Shown: positions 32,591 to 44,264 of the stretch, in pieces | How positions within the stretch are numbered: the first letter of the stretch is position 1 | Layout: the number at the start of each line of letters is the position of its first letter | Position numbers and translations under genes: made by a program | Source of the DNA: Clostridia bacterium | GTDB lineage: Bacteria; Bacillota; Clostridia; Christensenellales; Aristaeellaceae | DNA: 64,000 nt | Direction of reading: 5' to 3' | NCBI GenBank assembly: GCA_009784985.1 | Contig: WQXF01000001.1 | Span: 1,540-65,539 of the forward strand | The notes under the pieces: model-generated | What the model was told of the DNA's origin: nothing | Database searches by the model: none | Seen by the model: only the letters and a program-made list of their open reading frames with translations

Positions 32591-34975
32591 ATGCAATACG
32601 GTCATTTCGACGAAAAAAACAGGGAATATGTTATCACCAATCCCGCCACGCCGTCGGCATGGGCAAACTACCTGGGTTCACCCGAGTACGGCGCGATCAT
32701 TTCCAACAATGCGGGCGGCTATAGCTTTGTGAAATCAGGAGCCGCCGGGCGCATTACCCGGTATCGGTTTAATTCGGTGACGGCGGATCAGCCCGGCCGG
32801 TATATCTACATTCGTGATATGGAGGACGGCGATTATTGGTCGGCATCCTGGATGCCTGTGGGCAGGTCTTTGGACGCCTATCGTTCGGAATGCCGCCACG
32901 GCACGGCCTACACCGCCATCGCATCCCAGTATAATGAAATTAAAACCGAAACCCTTTACTACGTGCCCCAGAACGCTACCCACGAAGTATGGCGGCTGCG
33001 CGTTACAAACGAGAGCGCCAAGCCACGCAAGCTGGCCATCACCGGCTATGTGGAGTTCACCAGCGACCCTTTCTACGAGCAGGATCAGGTGAATCTGCAA
33101 TACACCCTTTTTATCACCCGCACATACTTCCACGGCAACCATATCTTACAACGCTTTAACGAAAACTTTGCCGATCCCACCAAAGAACGTTTCTTTGGTG
33201 TGATGGGCGCGGATGTAAGCGCTTATTGCGGCGACCGGGACAAGTTTGTGGGCTCCTACCGGGGCTACCACAATCCTGCCGGTATCGCGGAGGGACTAAA
33301 GGGTGATCTGAATTACAACGGCAACTCTTGCGGTGCGCTGCAGAGCGATATTGTGCTGCAGCCGGGCGAATCGAAAGAGATCATTTACTTGCTTGGCCAA
33401 AAGCCCCAAGCCGAGGCCGCAGCCCTAATCGCCGGTTACAGTGCGGCTGGCCGGGTTGACCGCGAGTTGGCGGAACTAAAGGCCTTCTGGCATAGCAAGC
33501 TGGACAATCTGCAGGTAAAAACCCCCGACGATAAGTTCAACAACATGATCAACGTGTGGAACGCCTACCAATGCTTTATCACGTTCCTATGGTCGCGGGC
33601 GGCGTCGTTCCAGTATTGCGGCTTGCGTAATGGGTTCGGCTATCGGGATACGGTGCAGGACATTCAAGGCATCATCCACCTGGCGCCCGACTTGGCCCGC
33701 AAGCAGCTGGAGTTCATGCTGTCGGCCCAGGTGTCCAACGGCGCGGGCTTGCCCTTGGTGAAGTATGATCATAACCCCGGCCATGAGGATACGCCCGACG
33801 ACGCTTCTTACGTAAAGGACACCGGCCACCCTAGCTACCGTGCCGACGATGCGTTATGGCTTTTCCCCACCATCAAAAAGTACATCGATGAGTCGGGAGA
33901 AATAACCTTCCTGGATCATGAGGTGCTGTTTGCCAACGTGAACGAAAAGGCATCGGTGTATGAGCACCTGAAGCGTGCCATACAGTTTTCCATGGACAAC
34001 CTAGGCTCCCACGGCATGCCCGCCGGTCTCCATGCCGACTGGAACGACTGCCTGCGCCTGGGCAAGCGCGGCGAATCTACCTTTGTGCTGTTTCAGCTGT
34101 ACTACGCCCTGCGCATCCTAAAAGGGTTTGCGGTGATCAAAGACGACAAAGTGTACGTTCACAAACTGGATGGGCTCTTGGCCGATATCAAACAGAAGAT
34201 CGACAGCCTATGCTGGGATGAAGACCGCTGGATCCGGGGCTTCCGCGAAGACGGTACAATCATTGGCAAGCGGGATGACTTGGAGGCGTCCATGTGGCTT
34301 AATCCGCAGACTTGGGGCGTGATATCAGGGGCATCCACACCAGAGCGCGGGGCAAAAACCATGGATTCGGTCTATCGGGAGCTCAACACCCCCCACGGCA
34401 TTATGCTGATGTATCCGGCTTACCAAAACCACGCTTTTGATGGCGCGCTGGCGGTTTGTTACAACAGGGGCGCAAAGGAGAACGCCAGCGTCTTCTCCCA
34501 AACCCAGGGATGGGCCATACTAGCTGAAGCCTTGCTGGGGCGTGGCGGCCGCGCGTATGAATACTGGCGTGGGGCCAGCCCCGCAACCATGAACGAAGAT
34601 GCGGATCGCCGCGTGATTGAGCCTTATGTGCACGGCCAATTTGTGGAGGGCGCCGACAGCCCCTTTGCCGGGCGCGCCCATGTCCATTGGCTCACCGGCA
34701 CCGCCTCCACGGTAATGGCTGGGTCGGTGGAAGGCATACTGGGCCTGCGCCCCACCCCGGATGGTATCTTGGTTAGCCCCTCCATCCCCACAAGCTGGAC
34801 GGACTGGAGTATGGTAAAGAAGCTGCGGGGCAAAACGCTGCGCATCACCATTCAGAATCCCAATGGCTCACAGCACGGGGTGAAGGCTGTTACGGTGAAT
34901 GGGAAAAAGCTGGACGGCGTTTTCATCCCCGATACTGCGCTAGCCGAAAACAACGACATATTGATTCAAATGTAA
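32591..34975 (+). CDS. GH94 family glycoside phosphorylase (cellobiose/chitobiose phosphorylase-like)
   Basis: AGGAGG precedes the ATG at 32591. The N-terminus MQYGHFDEKNREYVITNPATPSAWANYLG is typical of GH94, and the protein is ~794 aa. Confidence 0.8.
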   Translation: MQYGHFDEKNREYVITNPATPSAWANYLGSPEYGAIISNNAGGYSFVKSGAAGRITRYRFNSVTADQPGRYIYIRDMEDGDYWSASWMPVGRSLDAYRSECRHGTAYTAIASQYNEIKTETLYYVPQNATHEVWRLRVTNESAKPRKLAITGYVEFTSDPFYEQDQVNLQYTLFITRTYFHGNHILQRFNENFADPTKERFFGVMGADVSAYCGDRDKFVGSYRGYHNPAGIAEGLKGDLNYNGNSCGALQSDIVLQPGESKEIIYLLGQKPQAEAAALIAGYSAAGRVDRELAELKAFWHSKLDNLQVKTPDDKFNNMINVWNAYQCFITFLWSRAASFQYCGLRNGFGYRDTVQDIQGIIHLAPDLARKQLEFMLSAQVSNGAGLPLVKYDHNPGHEDTPDDASYVKDTGHPSYRADDALWLFPTIKKYIDESGEITFLDHEVLFANVNEKASVYEHLKRAIQFSMDNLGSHGMPAGLHADWNDCLRLGKRGESTFVLFQLYYALRILKGFAVIKDDKVYVHKLDGLLADIKQKIDSLCWDEDRWIRGFREDGTIIGKRDDLEASMWLNPQTWGVISGASTPERGAKTMDSVYRELNTPHGIMLMYPAYQNHAFDGALAVCYNRGAKENASVFSQTQGWAILAEALLGRGGRAYEYWRGASPATMNEDADRRVIEPYVHGQFVEGADSPFAGRAHVHWLTGTASTVMAGSVEGILGLRPTPDGILVSPSIPTSWTDWSMVKKLRGKTLRITIQNPNGSQHGVKAVTVNGKKLDGVFIPDTALAENNDILIQM

Positions 34976-34984
34976 GGAGTTTAC

Positions 34985-36004
34985 ATGAGCGTTACCATAC
35001 GTGATGTGTCCCAAAAATGCGGGTTGTCAATCTCCGCGGTCTCCAAAGCGCTTAACAATTATAGCGATGTGAGCGAGGAGACCCGCAGGCGCGTGTTCCA
35101 GGCAGCGGAAGAGCTGGGGTATTATCCCAATGCTGTGGCGCGCAGCCTAAAAACCAACCGCACATACAACATCGGCATCATCTTGGATGATGAGATGGAT
35201 GATCACCTGCTGCACAGCTATTTTGTGGTGTTATTAAACGGCTTTAAGCGGGAGACCGAGCGGCTTGGCTACGCGATTACCCTGGTAAACCGCAACATCG
35301 GCACCCGGCGGTATACCTTTTTAGATCATTGCAGATACCGCAACCTAGACGGGGTATGCGTGCTGTGCGCAGATTTTTATGATCCGGAGATTGGCGACTT
35401 GGTGCGCAGCAGCCTGCCCACCGTAACCATCGATCACTTGTTTAGCGGCAAGGATTGTGTGCTCAGCGACAACAAACAGGGCATGCGGGATATACTCAAC
35501 CATGTTTTGGCCATGGGCCACGGGCGCATCGCGCATATTTACGGAACGCCCGCCAGCGTAACCGATGCGCGGCTGGCTGCATACTACGAAGTGATGCATG
35601 AAAACGGTTTGGTATTGCCCGAAGGTTATGTGACGCAAAGCGAATATCACAGCACAAGATATGCTTTTGAGGCTACGCAACGTTTGCTGGAGCTGGATCC
35701 CCGGCCCACCTGCATCTTGATGACCGACGATTATTCGGCGCTGGGTGGCATGGAAGCCATTGCCCAGGCTGGCTTGCGCATTCCCGAGGATATCTCCATT
35801 GTGGGATACGACGGCAGCTTTATGTTGCAAAAGCTGCGCCCCCGCCTAACCACTTTGCGGCAAGACGCTGAGGCCATCGGGACCCGGGCGGCAGCCCGGC
35901 TGATCCAACGTATTGAAGACCCGTCGGCCCCGGCTGGGTATCCGGATATTGTGCCGGGCGTGTTGGTGGAAGGCGAAACCGTGATGAAAGTGAGCCCAAT
36001 ATGA
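34985..36004 (+). CDS. LacI family transcriptional regulator
   Basis: The HTH is VTIRDVSQKCGLSISAVSKALNN...ARSLKT, and the C-terminus is a periplasmic-binding-like domain. Confidence 0.9.
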   Translation: MSVTIRDVSQKCGLSISAVSKALNNYSDVSEETRRRVFQAAEELGYYPNAVARSLKTNRTYNIGIILDDEMDDHLLHSYFVVLLNGFKRETERLGYAITLVNRNIGTRRYTFLDHCRYRNLDGVCVLCADFYDPEIGDLVRSSLPTVTIDHLFSGKDCVLSDNKQGMRDILNHVLAMGHGRIAHIYGTPASVTDARLAAYYEVMHENGLVLPEGYVTQSEYHSTRYAFEATQRLLELDPRPTCILMTDDYSALGGMEAIAQAGLRIPEDISIVGYDGSFMLQKLRPRLTTLRQDAEAIGTRAAARLIQRIEDPSAPAGYPDIVPGVLVEGETVMKVSPI

Positions 36005-36143
36005 ACCTCTTTTGAGGCCTCTTATAACAGTATATGAACATCCCTTAAGGGGTGAAGGCACTTCTACTCTGGAACATGATTAGAGCACATTCGTGTCAGG
36101 GCTATGTTTTTGAAAACTCTAAAATTCTCAAGGAGGATGTATT

Positions 36144-36892
36144 GTGGACAAATTGAGAAATCTGGCAGCTGTCTTAATCAACGGGTGTTTGCCTCTTTTG
36201 GCCATACCGATAAATGGTTATTTGATTGATAGGAGTATACCGCAAGAGTATTCATTGCTATTTTTGATAGCGCTTTCTATCTGCATATCACTTTTTTTCT
36301 ACTTTATTATCCCTGGTATTTTATTCAATCTATATTTTGTCAGGTGGATTTTCGACCCCCTCGCCAGATTTGAAGGCTGTTGGGCCAGTATTATTGATAT
36401 AGAAAACAATACCGATGGCCGTGTATGCGGTTTTTTTAGGTTTATTTACGATAGACACGAAAGCAATTACTTATATGAAGGTCAAAATTATAATATAAAA
36501 GGAGAAACAATTACATCGTTTGCGGCGAGTGATATTCAATATAAAAAAGAGATAAATGGACTTCGCTTCTTTGGAACAGCTAAAAGAACCAATGAAAATC
36601 CAGCTGTTGTTAATAGGACGACTACTATAAATACATGGGGAGAAATAAGTTTTTCTGGAGGAAAAAAAGATCCTTCAATAAGAGCTTGAACTCAGTAAAT
36701 GGCTTTTTTATTAATGACAGCAACGAACTCTTTAGAGCTAGGTATGTAGCAATGAGAGTAACTACTGGCAGGATAAGGCAACTAATGGAAATCCCAACAA
36801 TGAGAAGTAAAAATTTAGAAATGCAAAATGAACGTGCAATATATGCAGTTAAGCACTATAAGGAATATAAAAAATCCTTTGTTGGTTTGTAG
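36144..36892 (+). pseudogene. 3-TM hypothetical protein interrupted by a -1 frame change at an A7 tract (36662-36668); either frameshifted gene, homopolymer error or programmed frameshift
   Basis: ORF 36144-36689 and ORF 36635-36892 overlap in adjacent frames. Reading GGA GGA AAA AAA with one extra A, or a -1 slip, gives a continuous ...SFSGGKKRSFNKSLNSVNGFFIND... of 249 aa. GTG start with AAGGAGG upstream. AT-rich. Confidence 0.55.
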
Positions 36893-37087
36893 TTAATCCA
36901 ATATTATGAGGAGCGGAAATGATGAAGAAACTCATGCGAGCAAAAACTGAAGAATGCTCTGGATTTTTTCGCTTTGTTCACAATAATGGGGTGCAAGAGT
37001 AAAAGATGGAGGTCATGTAAGAATAAAAATGGATAATATGCGGGGAACAATAGGCCACGACGCAACTTATTGTTCACTGTTAGTTGT

Positions 37088-37702
37088 TCACTTTTCATCC
37101 GCTTGCTCCATGGCATCGCGAACGATGCTCCAATCGTACCCGCGTCGGGCAAGGGCTGCTTGCACTTTGCGGCGTATGTCCCGGGCGTCTTTGCCATGGG
37201 TACGGGCCAGCAGCTTTTGTGCGTGGGCAGTGGCGGCGCGCAGTTGTTCTTCTTCATCCACCTGTGAAAGGGCGGACGCGATGGTGTCGCGGTCTACGCC
37301 CTTTTTTTGCAGTTCGATGGCGATGCGCCGCGTGCCCAACGCCTTGGTACTACGGGATTGAGCCCACCGCTCGGCAAACTCGGCGTCGTTTAGGTAGCCC
37401 TCCTGGGTAAGCCGCGCTACGACCCGCTCCCGGGCGGTTTCGTCATATCCGGCTTGCTCCAGGCGTGTGTTTACCTCCCGTGCTGTCCGGGGACGCGCCG
37501 CCAGGTAGGCAACGGCGGTATCCAGCGCAAAGCGATACCCCCGCTCGTGCATCCACGCGATATGTGCTTCTACGTCCAACTCATCGCCGGTGCGCAGGGG
37601 CCGTGCCCGAAAGAGGGGCGGGGGGATGCGCAGCGCCGGTTCATCTTCCAGCTCGATGCGTACGGCGCCGTGTTGTTTGCGTATGGATAAGATGGTGGGC
37701 AT
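37088..37702 (-). CDS. recX: Recombination regulator RecX
   Basis: Three-repeat helical pattern: ALDTAVAYLAARPRTAREVNTRL...YLNDAEFAERWAQSR...GTRRIAIELQKKGV. Confidence 0.8.
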   Translation of the reverse strand: MPTILSIRKQHGAVRIELEDEPALRIPPPLFRARPLRTGDELDVEAHIAWMHERGYRFALDTAVAYLAARPRTAREVNTRLEQAGYDETARERVVARLTQEGYLNDAEFAERWAQSRSTKALGTRRIAIELQKKGVDRDTIASALSQVDEEEQLRAATAHAQKLLARTHGKDARDIRRKVQAALARRGYDWSIVRDAMEQADEK

Positions 37703-37794
37703 GTATTATCTCCTCAGTTTTTTGGTATAAATCTTGCCAAACCGTGCAAGCTACTCACGAAACGGACCCACAACAATCAAAGGAGGGAAGAGCT

Positions 37795-38007
37795 ATGCAG
37801 GGACAAGCCCAGCAACCGCAGCTCACCGCAACCAACCTAAAGGTGCTCATCGACCAAATGAACCACGAGGCGATCGCAAAAAAGAAGTGCGAGTTCTTTT
37901 CGTCGCTGCTCGGCGATCCGGCGCTCAAGGGCATGGTGCTGACGCTGGCGCAGCATCATCGTGAGCACTACGACAAGCTGTTTAACTACCTCAACAGCCA
38001 CCAGTAA
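37795..38007 (+). CDS. Small Coat-F-like spore coat protein (70 aa)
   Basis: AAAGGAGGG precedes the ATG at 37795. The helical pattern LKVLIDQMNHEAIAKKKCEFF...DPALKGMV...HHREHYDKLFNYL sits next to a clear CotF gene. The long tracked ORF from 37465 is antisense to recX. Confidence 0.5.
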   Translation: MQGQAQQPQLTATNLKVLIDQMNHEAIAKKKCEFFSSLLGDPALKGMVLTLAQHHREHYDKLFNYLNSHQ

Positions 38008-38037
38008 CAATAACAGCGATGGAAGGGGAATTCGAAC

Positions 38038-38382
38038 ATGAACCAAGGCCCGATGAACCATACAAACAACAGAACCGGCTTTCAGCCCAACATGGCCGGT
38101 TTTCAGCAAAGCGCCAACTGGACCGATGAGGAGATCATCTCCGACATTCTGACCACCGAAAAGACCATGGTAGGCTTTTATGGCGCCACTGCCTGCGAAA
38201 CCACCTGCCCGAATCTGCGAAGGGTGCTGATGGACAACATGGCCTGCACCGTGGGCGACCAATATCAGGTGTTTGACCACATGCGCCAGCGCAACTGGTA
38301 TCCGGTAAAGAACGCGCCCACCCAAGAGGTGCAGGACGCAAAAACCAAGTTCTCGCAAATGAAGAATCAGATTTGCCAATAA
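38038..38382 (+). CDS. Spore coat protein, CotF family
   Basis: TDEEIISDILTTEKTMVGFYGATACETTCPNLRRVLMDN...QVFDHMRQRNWYPV matches the Coat_F domain pattern. Confidence 0.75.
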   Translation: MNQGPMNHTNNRTGFQPNMAGFQQSANWTDEEIISDILTTEKTMVGFYGATACETTCPNLRRVLMDNMACTVGDQYQVFDHMRQRNWYPVKNAPTQEVQDAKTKFSQMKNQICQ

Positions 38383-38406
38383 GGCTCATAAGATAAGCCT
38401 TGCGCA

Positions 38407-39837
38407 TCAGCGGCTGTTTTCCGAAAGCAGCCGCTGCTTTAGCGCGTACAGGCCGTCGGACAGGTCTACCTTGTAGATGTGGGGCCTGCGCAAGCGCTTG
38501 TACTCCTCCCAGAAGGTATCCAAATCGCGTTGGGCGTAGGCGGTGATAGAATCCAAATCGGGGAGCTGATACACCAATTCTCCGTTCCGGAACACCGGCT
38601 CTAACAGATTGCGCATCGTATAATCCGTAAGGGTCATGCGCTTCCACGTGTTTTCGGGATCAAATATAGTGAGGGGCTTTGTGGGATCAAAGGATTCCTC
38701 CTCTAAAGCAATCAAGTCGGCGATGGCCATGCCGTCGGCCTTGTTGTAGATGCGCAGCACTTTTTTGATGCCCGGATTCGTTACCTTGGCCGGGTTATCG
38801 GATATTTTGATGCAGGGTTGCATTTCGCCGTTTACTTCCTGGGCGGCCAGCTTGTATACGCCGCCCAGGGCGGGATTGTCTTGGCTGGTGATCAGGCGGG
38901 TGCCTACGCCCCAGGTGTTGATTGCTGCGCCCTGGGCCTTTAGATCCCAGATCACCTCTTCATCCAGATCGCCGGAGGCCACGATCCGGGCGTTGGGGAA
39001 ACCAGCCTCGTCCAGCATGCGGCGGGCGGTGCGGCTCAGGTAGGCGATGTCCCCGCTGTCCAGGCGGATACCGGCGGGCTCCTGCCCCGAAGCGCGCAAC
39101 TCATGAAATACCTTGATGGCGTTGGGCACGCCGGATTTGAGGGTATCGTAGGTATCCACCAGCAGCAAGCAACCTTCGGGGAATACCTTGGCGTAGGCGC
39201 GGAATGCCTCCAGCTCGCTGGGGAAACTCATCACCCAGCTGTGGGCGTGGGTGCCCCGCACCGGTATGCCAAACAACACCCCGGTCATCACATTGCTGGT
39301 GGCAGTGCATCCGCCGATGATGGCGGCCCGCGCGCCGTAAATGCCGGCATCCGGCCCCTGGGCACGGCGCAGGCCAAACTCCAGCACGGCATCACCTTGG
39401 GCAGCCTGCACCACCCGGCGGGCCTTGGTGGCGATCAGGGTTTGGTGGTTGATGATGTTAAGCAGCGCGGTTTCTACCAGCTGCGCTTGCATGATGGGCG
39501 CGTTGACCCGCAGGATAGGCTCATCGGGGAACACCACGGTGCCTTCGGGCACGGCATCCACGTCGCCAGTGAAACGAAAGTCCGCCAGCGTATTTAAAAA
39601 GCCCTGCTCAAATACGCCCAAGCTGCCTAAATAGGCGATATCCTCGGGGGTAAAACGCAGATTGCGGATATAGTCGATGGCCTGCTCCAGCCCGGCGGCT
39701 ACGGCATGGGCGGTGGTTTCGCCTTGCTTGCGGTAGAATAGATCGAACACCGCACGTTGATCCTGCATGCCAAAGTGCCAGTAGCCGTTCATCATGGTGA
39801 GTTCGTACAGATCGGTCATCATGGTTAGGTTGCGCAT
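38407..39837 (-). CDS. pncB: Nicotinate phosphoribosyltransferase
   Basis: The N-terminus is TMMTDLYELTMMNGYW, with GTHAHSWVM and DSGD motifs. Length is 476 aa. Confidence 0.9.
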   Translation of the reverse strand: MRNLTMMTDLYELTMMNGYWHFGMQDQRAVFDLFYRKQGETTAHAVAAGLEQAIDYIRNLRFTPEDIAYLGSLGVFEQGFLNTLADFRFTGDVDAVPEGTVVFPDEPILRVNAPIMQAQLVETALLNIINHQTLIATKARRVVQAAQGDAVLEFGLRRAQGPDAGIYGARAAIIGGCTATSNVMTGVLFGIPVRGTHAHSWVMSFPSELEAFRAYAKVFPEGCLLLVDTYDTLKSGVPNAIKVFHELRASGQEPAGIRLDSGDIAYLSRTARRMLDEAGFPNARIVASGDLDEEVIWDLKAQGAAINTWGVGTRLITSQDNPALGGVYKLAAQEVNGEMQPCIKISDNPAKVTNPGIKKVLRIYNKADGMAIADLIALEEESFDPTKPLTIFDPENTWKRMTLTDYTMRNLLEPVFRNGELVYQLPDLDSITAYAQRDLDTFWEEYKRLRRPHIYKVDLSDGLYALKQRLLSENSR

Positions 39838-39860
39838 GGGATTGCACCTTCTTTGCTTAA

Positions 39861-40865
39861 TTATTGATATAATGCGTAGGGGATATTGAAAACTCTCGCG
39901 TATTGCTCGGCAATACTGCCCTCTTTTACGCTCAAAGTGAGTTTGTTGCAGCCATAAAAAGCATTCTCGCCGATATGTATTACGCTGTCTGGGATGGTTA
40001 CGTTGGTTAAGCTGCTACAGTTATAGAACGTATTGTGGCCGATAGTTGTCACGTAATCCGGGATGGTTACGCTGGTTAAACCAAGGCAACCATAGAATGC
40101 ACCACCACCGATGCTCGTTACGCTGTCTGGGATGGTCACGCTGATCAAGCCACTACTCTCAGCGAACGCATTGGCACCTATAACCAGTATTCCTTCAGGA
40201 ATCTTATACGTGCCTTCTTTGAGGCTCGGGAAAGAGACTAGCTTCTTTTGTTGCATATTAAAAAGCACGCCATCAATCTGCGCATATACCGGATTGTCGG
40301 ATGATACATCAATGTATGCCAATGGACAACCCAGAAAGGGGTTTAAACCGATGCCCATTACACTGTTCGGGATAGCTGCACTGGTCAAGCTGCTGCATCC
40401 CATGAACGCATAATCACCGATGAATGTCACACCGTTCGGGATGCTTACATTGGCTAGACTGCTACATCCACTGAACGCATAGTCGCCGATGCTCGTTATA
40501 CTGTCCGGAATGATCACGCTGGTTAAGCCTTCACACAATGAAAATCCCCAATCGCCGATATGCGTTATGCTGTCCGGGATAGTTACGCTCGTTAAGTCCC
40601 TACATCCATGGAATGCAAAGTTACTGATACTCGTTACCGCATATCCATCTAATTCACTCGGTATCAATAGATCGCCTTTTGGTTCTATCCCGTGCCTTGA
40701 AATCCTCGCGCCGTCACTCTCAAGTACATATCTCCATTGCCCGCTTGCATCCACCCTTGGCTCCCATTCCTCTGCGCCTGCATTTACCGTAAGCAGTGCC
40801 AATGCCGCGATCATTAGGCATGCACACGCTGCACTTCGTATCCAGCGGTTTTTTGTTTGCTTCAT
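39861..40865 (-). CDS. BspA-type leucine-rich-repeat surface protein with signal peptide
   Basis: The leader is ACACLMIAALALLTVNAGA, followed by DASGQWRYVLESDG...LDGYAVTSI and LRR units (IPDSITSIGDYAF...). The tail is IAEQYARVFNIPYALY. Confidence 0.85.
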   Translation of the reverse strand: MKQTKNRWIRSAACACLMIAALALLTVNAGAEEWEPRVDASGQWRYVLESDGARISRHGIEPKGDLLIPSELDGYAVTSISNFAFHGCRDLTSVTIPDSITHIGDWGFSLCEGLTSVIIPDSITSIGDYAFSGCSSLANVSIPNGVTFIGDYAFMGCSSLTSAAIPNSVMGIGLNPFLGCPLAYIDVSSDNPVYAQIDGVLFNMQQKKLVSFPSLKEGTYKIPEGILVIGANAFAESSGLISVTIPDSVTSIGGGAFYGCLGLTSVTIPDYVTTIGHNTFYNCSSLTNVTIPDSVIHIGENAFYGCNKLTLSVKEGSIAEQYARVFNIPYALYQ

Positions 40866-40882
40866 TTTGTTAATTCTTTCTT

Positions 40883-40997
40883 TTATAGAATTTCAACATG
40901 CTCGGGAACACCGTATTTTTCTTGTGCTTTTGCAGCACGTTCTAATAGCTCGCGGAGAGTTAAATCCTCCCACAAGTTTTCACGCCACTTGGTATAA

Positions 40998-41026
<29 letters not shown>
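40883..41026 (-). CDS. Possible small acidic protein (47 aa) overlapping the lgt 3' end
   Basis: GAGGAGGGGGAAG precedes the ATG at 41026. The product is MEKDEVLELDYTKWRENLWEDLTLRELLERAAKAQEKYGVPEHVEIL. There is a 29-nt out-of-frame overlap with lgt. No family was recognised. Confidence 0.3.
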
Positions 41027-43013
<1,987 letters not shown>

Positions 43014-43057
43014 CGGCGGTGTAAAGCAGCGTAAATGGCCTAATTAGGTAGCAATAA

Positions 43058-43092
43058 GCGAGAGCGGGGTGTATGCCAACTCTCGTTTTTTT
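43058..43092 (+). terminator. Rho-independent terminator after upp
   Basis: The stem is cgagag (43059-43064) paired with ctctcg (43080-43085), followed by T7 (43086-43092). The 15-nt loop is rather long. Confidence 0.55.
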
Positions 43093-43163
43093 GATGCCAT
43101 GGAACAGAGTGGCGATTTTAAACATATGAATGCAAGGGAATTATCTTATGAGGAGCTTTGCAT

Positions 43164-44264
43164 ATGAGCAAAAATAATGGCCATATTTCTCAACCCTGTT
43201 TACCAAACCGATGTGGGCCATGCCATGTGGGTTGTTGGATGCCATTTTTCCCATGCCGTTGCGAGCCGTGTCCTCCTCCGCCACCCCCGCCGCCCGTTAT
43301 TCAATTTTCGGTGACCTATCTTTCAAACGGCGGAACCGGCGGCACAGTAGATACGGGCGTTGCTTCCGGCACCCAGTATGTGGCCAAAAACGATGCAGCC
43401 GTGGGTATAAGCCGCCCGGATTATGGCTTTGTTGGCTGGAATACCATGCCGGACGGCTCCGGCACAGCCTACGTGCCGGGACAGGTGATCACGATTGCCG
43501 CCAACTTGACGCTTTATGCACAGTGGGCAGCCCAACTGCCCATGTTTGACGTAACATATGATGCAAACGGCGGAACCGGCGGTACTGTGGATGCCGGCAT
43601 TGCTTCCGGCGCGCGGTATGTGATCAAAAACGATGCAGCTGCAGGTATAAGCCGCCCGGATTATGACTTTGTTGGATGGAATACCATGCCGGATGGTTCT
43701 GGTGTAGCCTATATGCCAGGGCAAGTGATCACGGTTGTTGGCAACCTAACGTTATATGCCCAATGGACAGCCCAACTGCCCATGCTTGACGTAACATATG
43801 ATGCAAACGGCGGAACCGGCGGCACAGTGGATACGAGCATTCCTTCCGGCACGCGGTATGTGGTCAAAAGCAATACAGCCATGGGTGTAAACCGACCCAA
43901 TTATGACTTTGTTGGCTGGAATACTATGGCGAACGGCTCCGGCACAGCCTACATGCCGGGGCAAGTGATTACGATTACCAACAACCTAACGCTATATGCC
44001 CAATGGGCAGCACAACTGCCCACGTATAGCGTGACATATCATGGGGGTATCGGAGGAACAGGCGGCATGGTGGATGCCGGTCTTGCTCTCGACTCACAGT
44101 ATGTGATCAGAAACGGCCAAGCTGCGGGCGTAAGCAATCCGAGCCATGCCTTTCTTGTATGGAATACCCGTCAGGACGGCCTTGGTGTGACATACGTGGC
44201 GGGGCAAGTGATTACGATTACTGACAACCTAACGTTATATGCCCAGTGGATATGGCTAGGCTAA
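43164..44264 (+). CDS. Listeria-Bacteroides (InlB B / Flg_new) repeat protein with Cys/Pro-rich N-terminus and no signal peptide
   Basis: There are four ~80-aa repeats: VTYDANGGTGGTVD...YDFVGWNTMPDGSGxAYxPGQVITxxxNLTLYAQW. The N-terminus is CLPNRCGPCHVGCWMPFFPCRCEPCPPPPPPPP. GAGGAG lies 8 nt before the ATG at 43164. Confidence 0.8.
   Translation: MSKNNGHISQPCLPNRCGPCHVGCWMPFFPCRCEPCPPPPPPPPVIQFSVTYLSNGGTGGTVDTGVASGTQYVAKNDAAVGISRPDYGFVGWNTMPDGSGTAYVPGQVITIAANLTLYAQWAAQLPMFDVTYDANGGTGGTVDAGIASGARYVIKNDAAAGISRPDYDFVGWNTMPDGSGVAYMPGQVITVVGNLTLYAQWTAQLPMLDVTYDANGGTGGTVDTSIPSGTRYVVKSNTAMGVNRPNYDFVGWNTMANGSGTAYMPGQVITITNNLTLYAQWAAQLPTYSVTYHGGIGGTGGMVDAGLALDSQYVIRNGQAAGVSNPSHAFLVWNTRQDGLGVTYVAGQVITITDNLTLYAQWIWLG
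43300..44261 (+). repeat. Four tandem ~240-bp coding repeats (inside the InlB-B-repeat gene)
   Basis: The block ...gtaacatatgatgcaaacggcggaaccggcgg... recurs near 43549, 43789 and (diverged) 44029. Repeats 2 and 3 are near-identical over long stretches. Confidence 0.8.

Noticed and set aside
37465-37794. The 180-aa ORF beginning at 37465 that would extend the small Coat-F-like protein.
   Set aside because: The upstream two-thirds is antisense to recX with an Arg/Ala/Pro-rich junk-like translation. A strong RBS and ATG at 37795 define the real 70-aa product.
38408-38437. 9-bp hairpin cagcggctg...cagccgctg at the cotF/pncB convergent junction, considered as a bidirectional terminator.
   Set aside because: It lies inside the pncB coding 3' end and lacks a clear U-run on either strand. 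This is too weak to annotate.
43300-44261. Regularly spaced repeats that could superficially suggest a CRISPR-like array. The same applies to the ~69-nt periodicity in the LRR genes.
   Set aside because: The repeats are contiguous with no unique spacers. They are in frame and translate into known protein repeat families.
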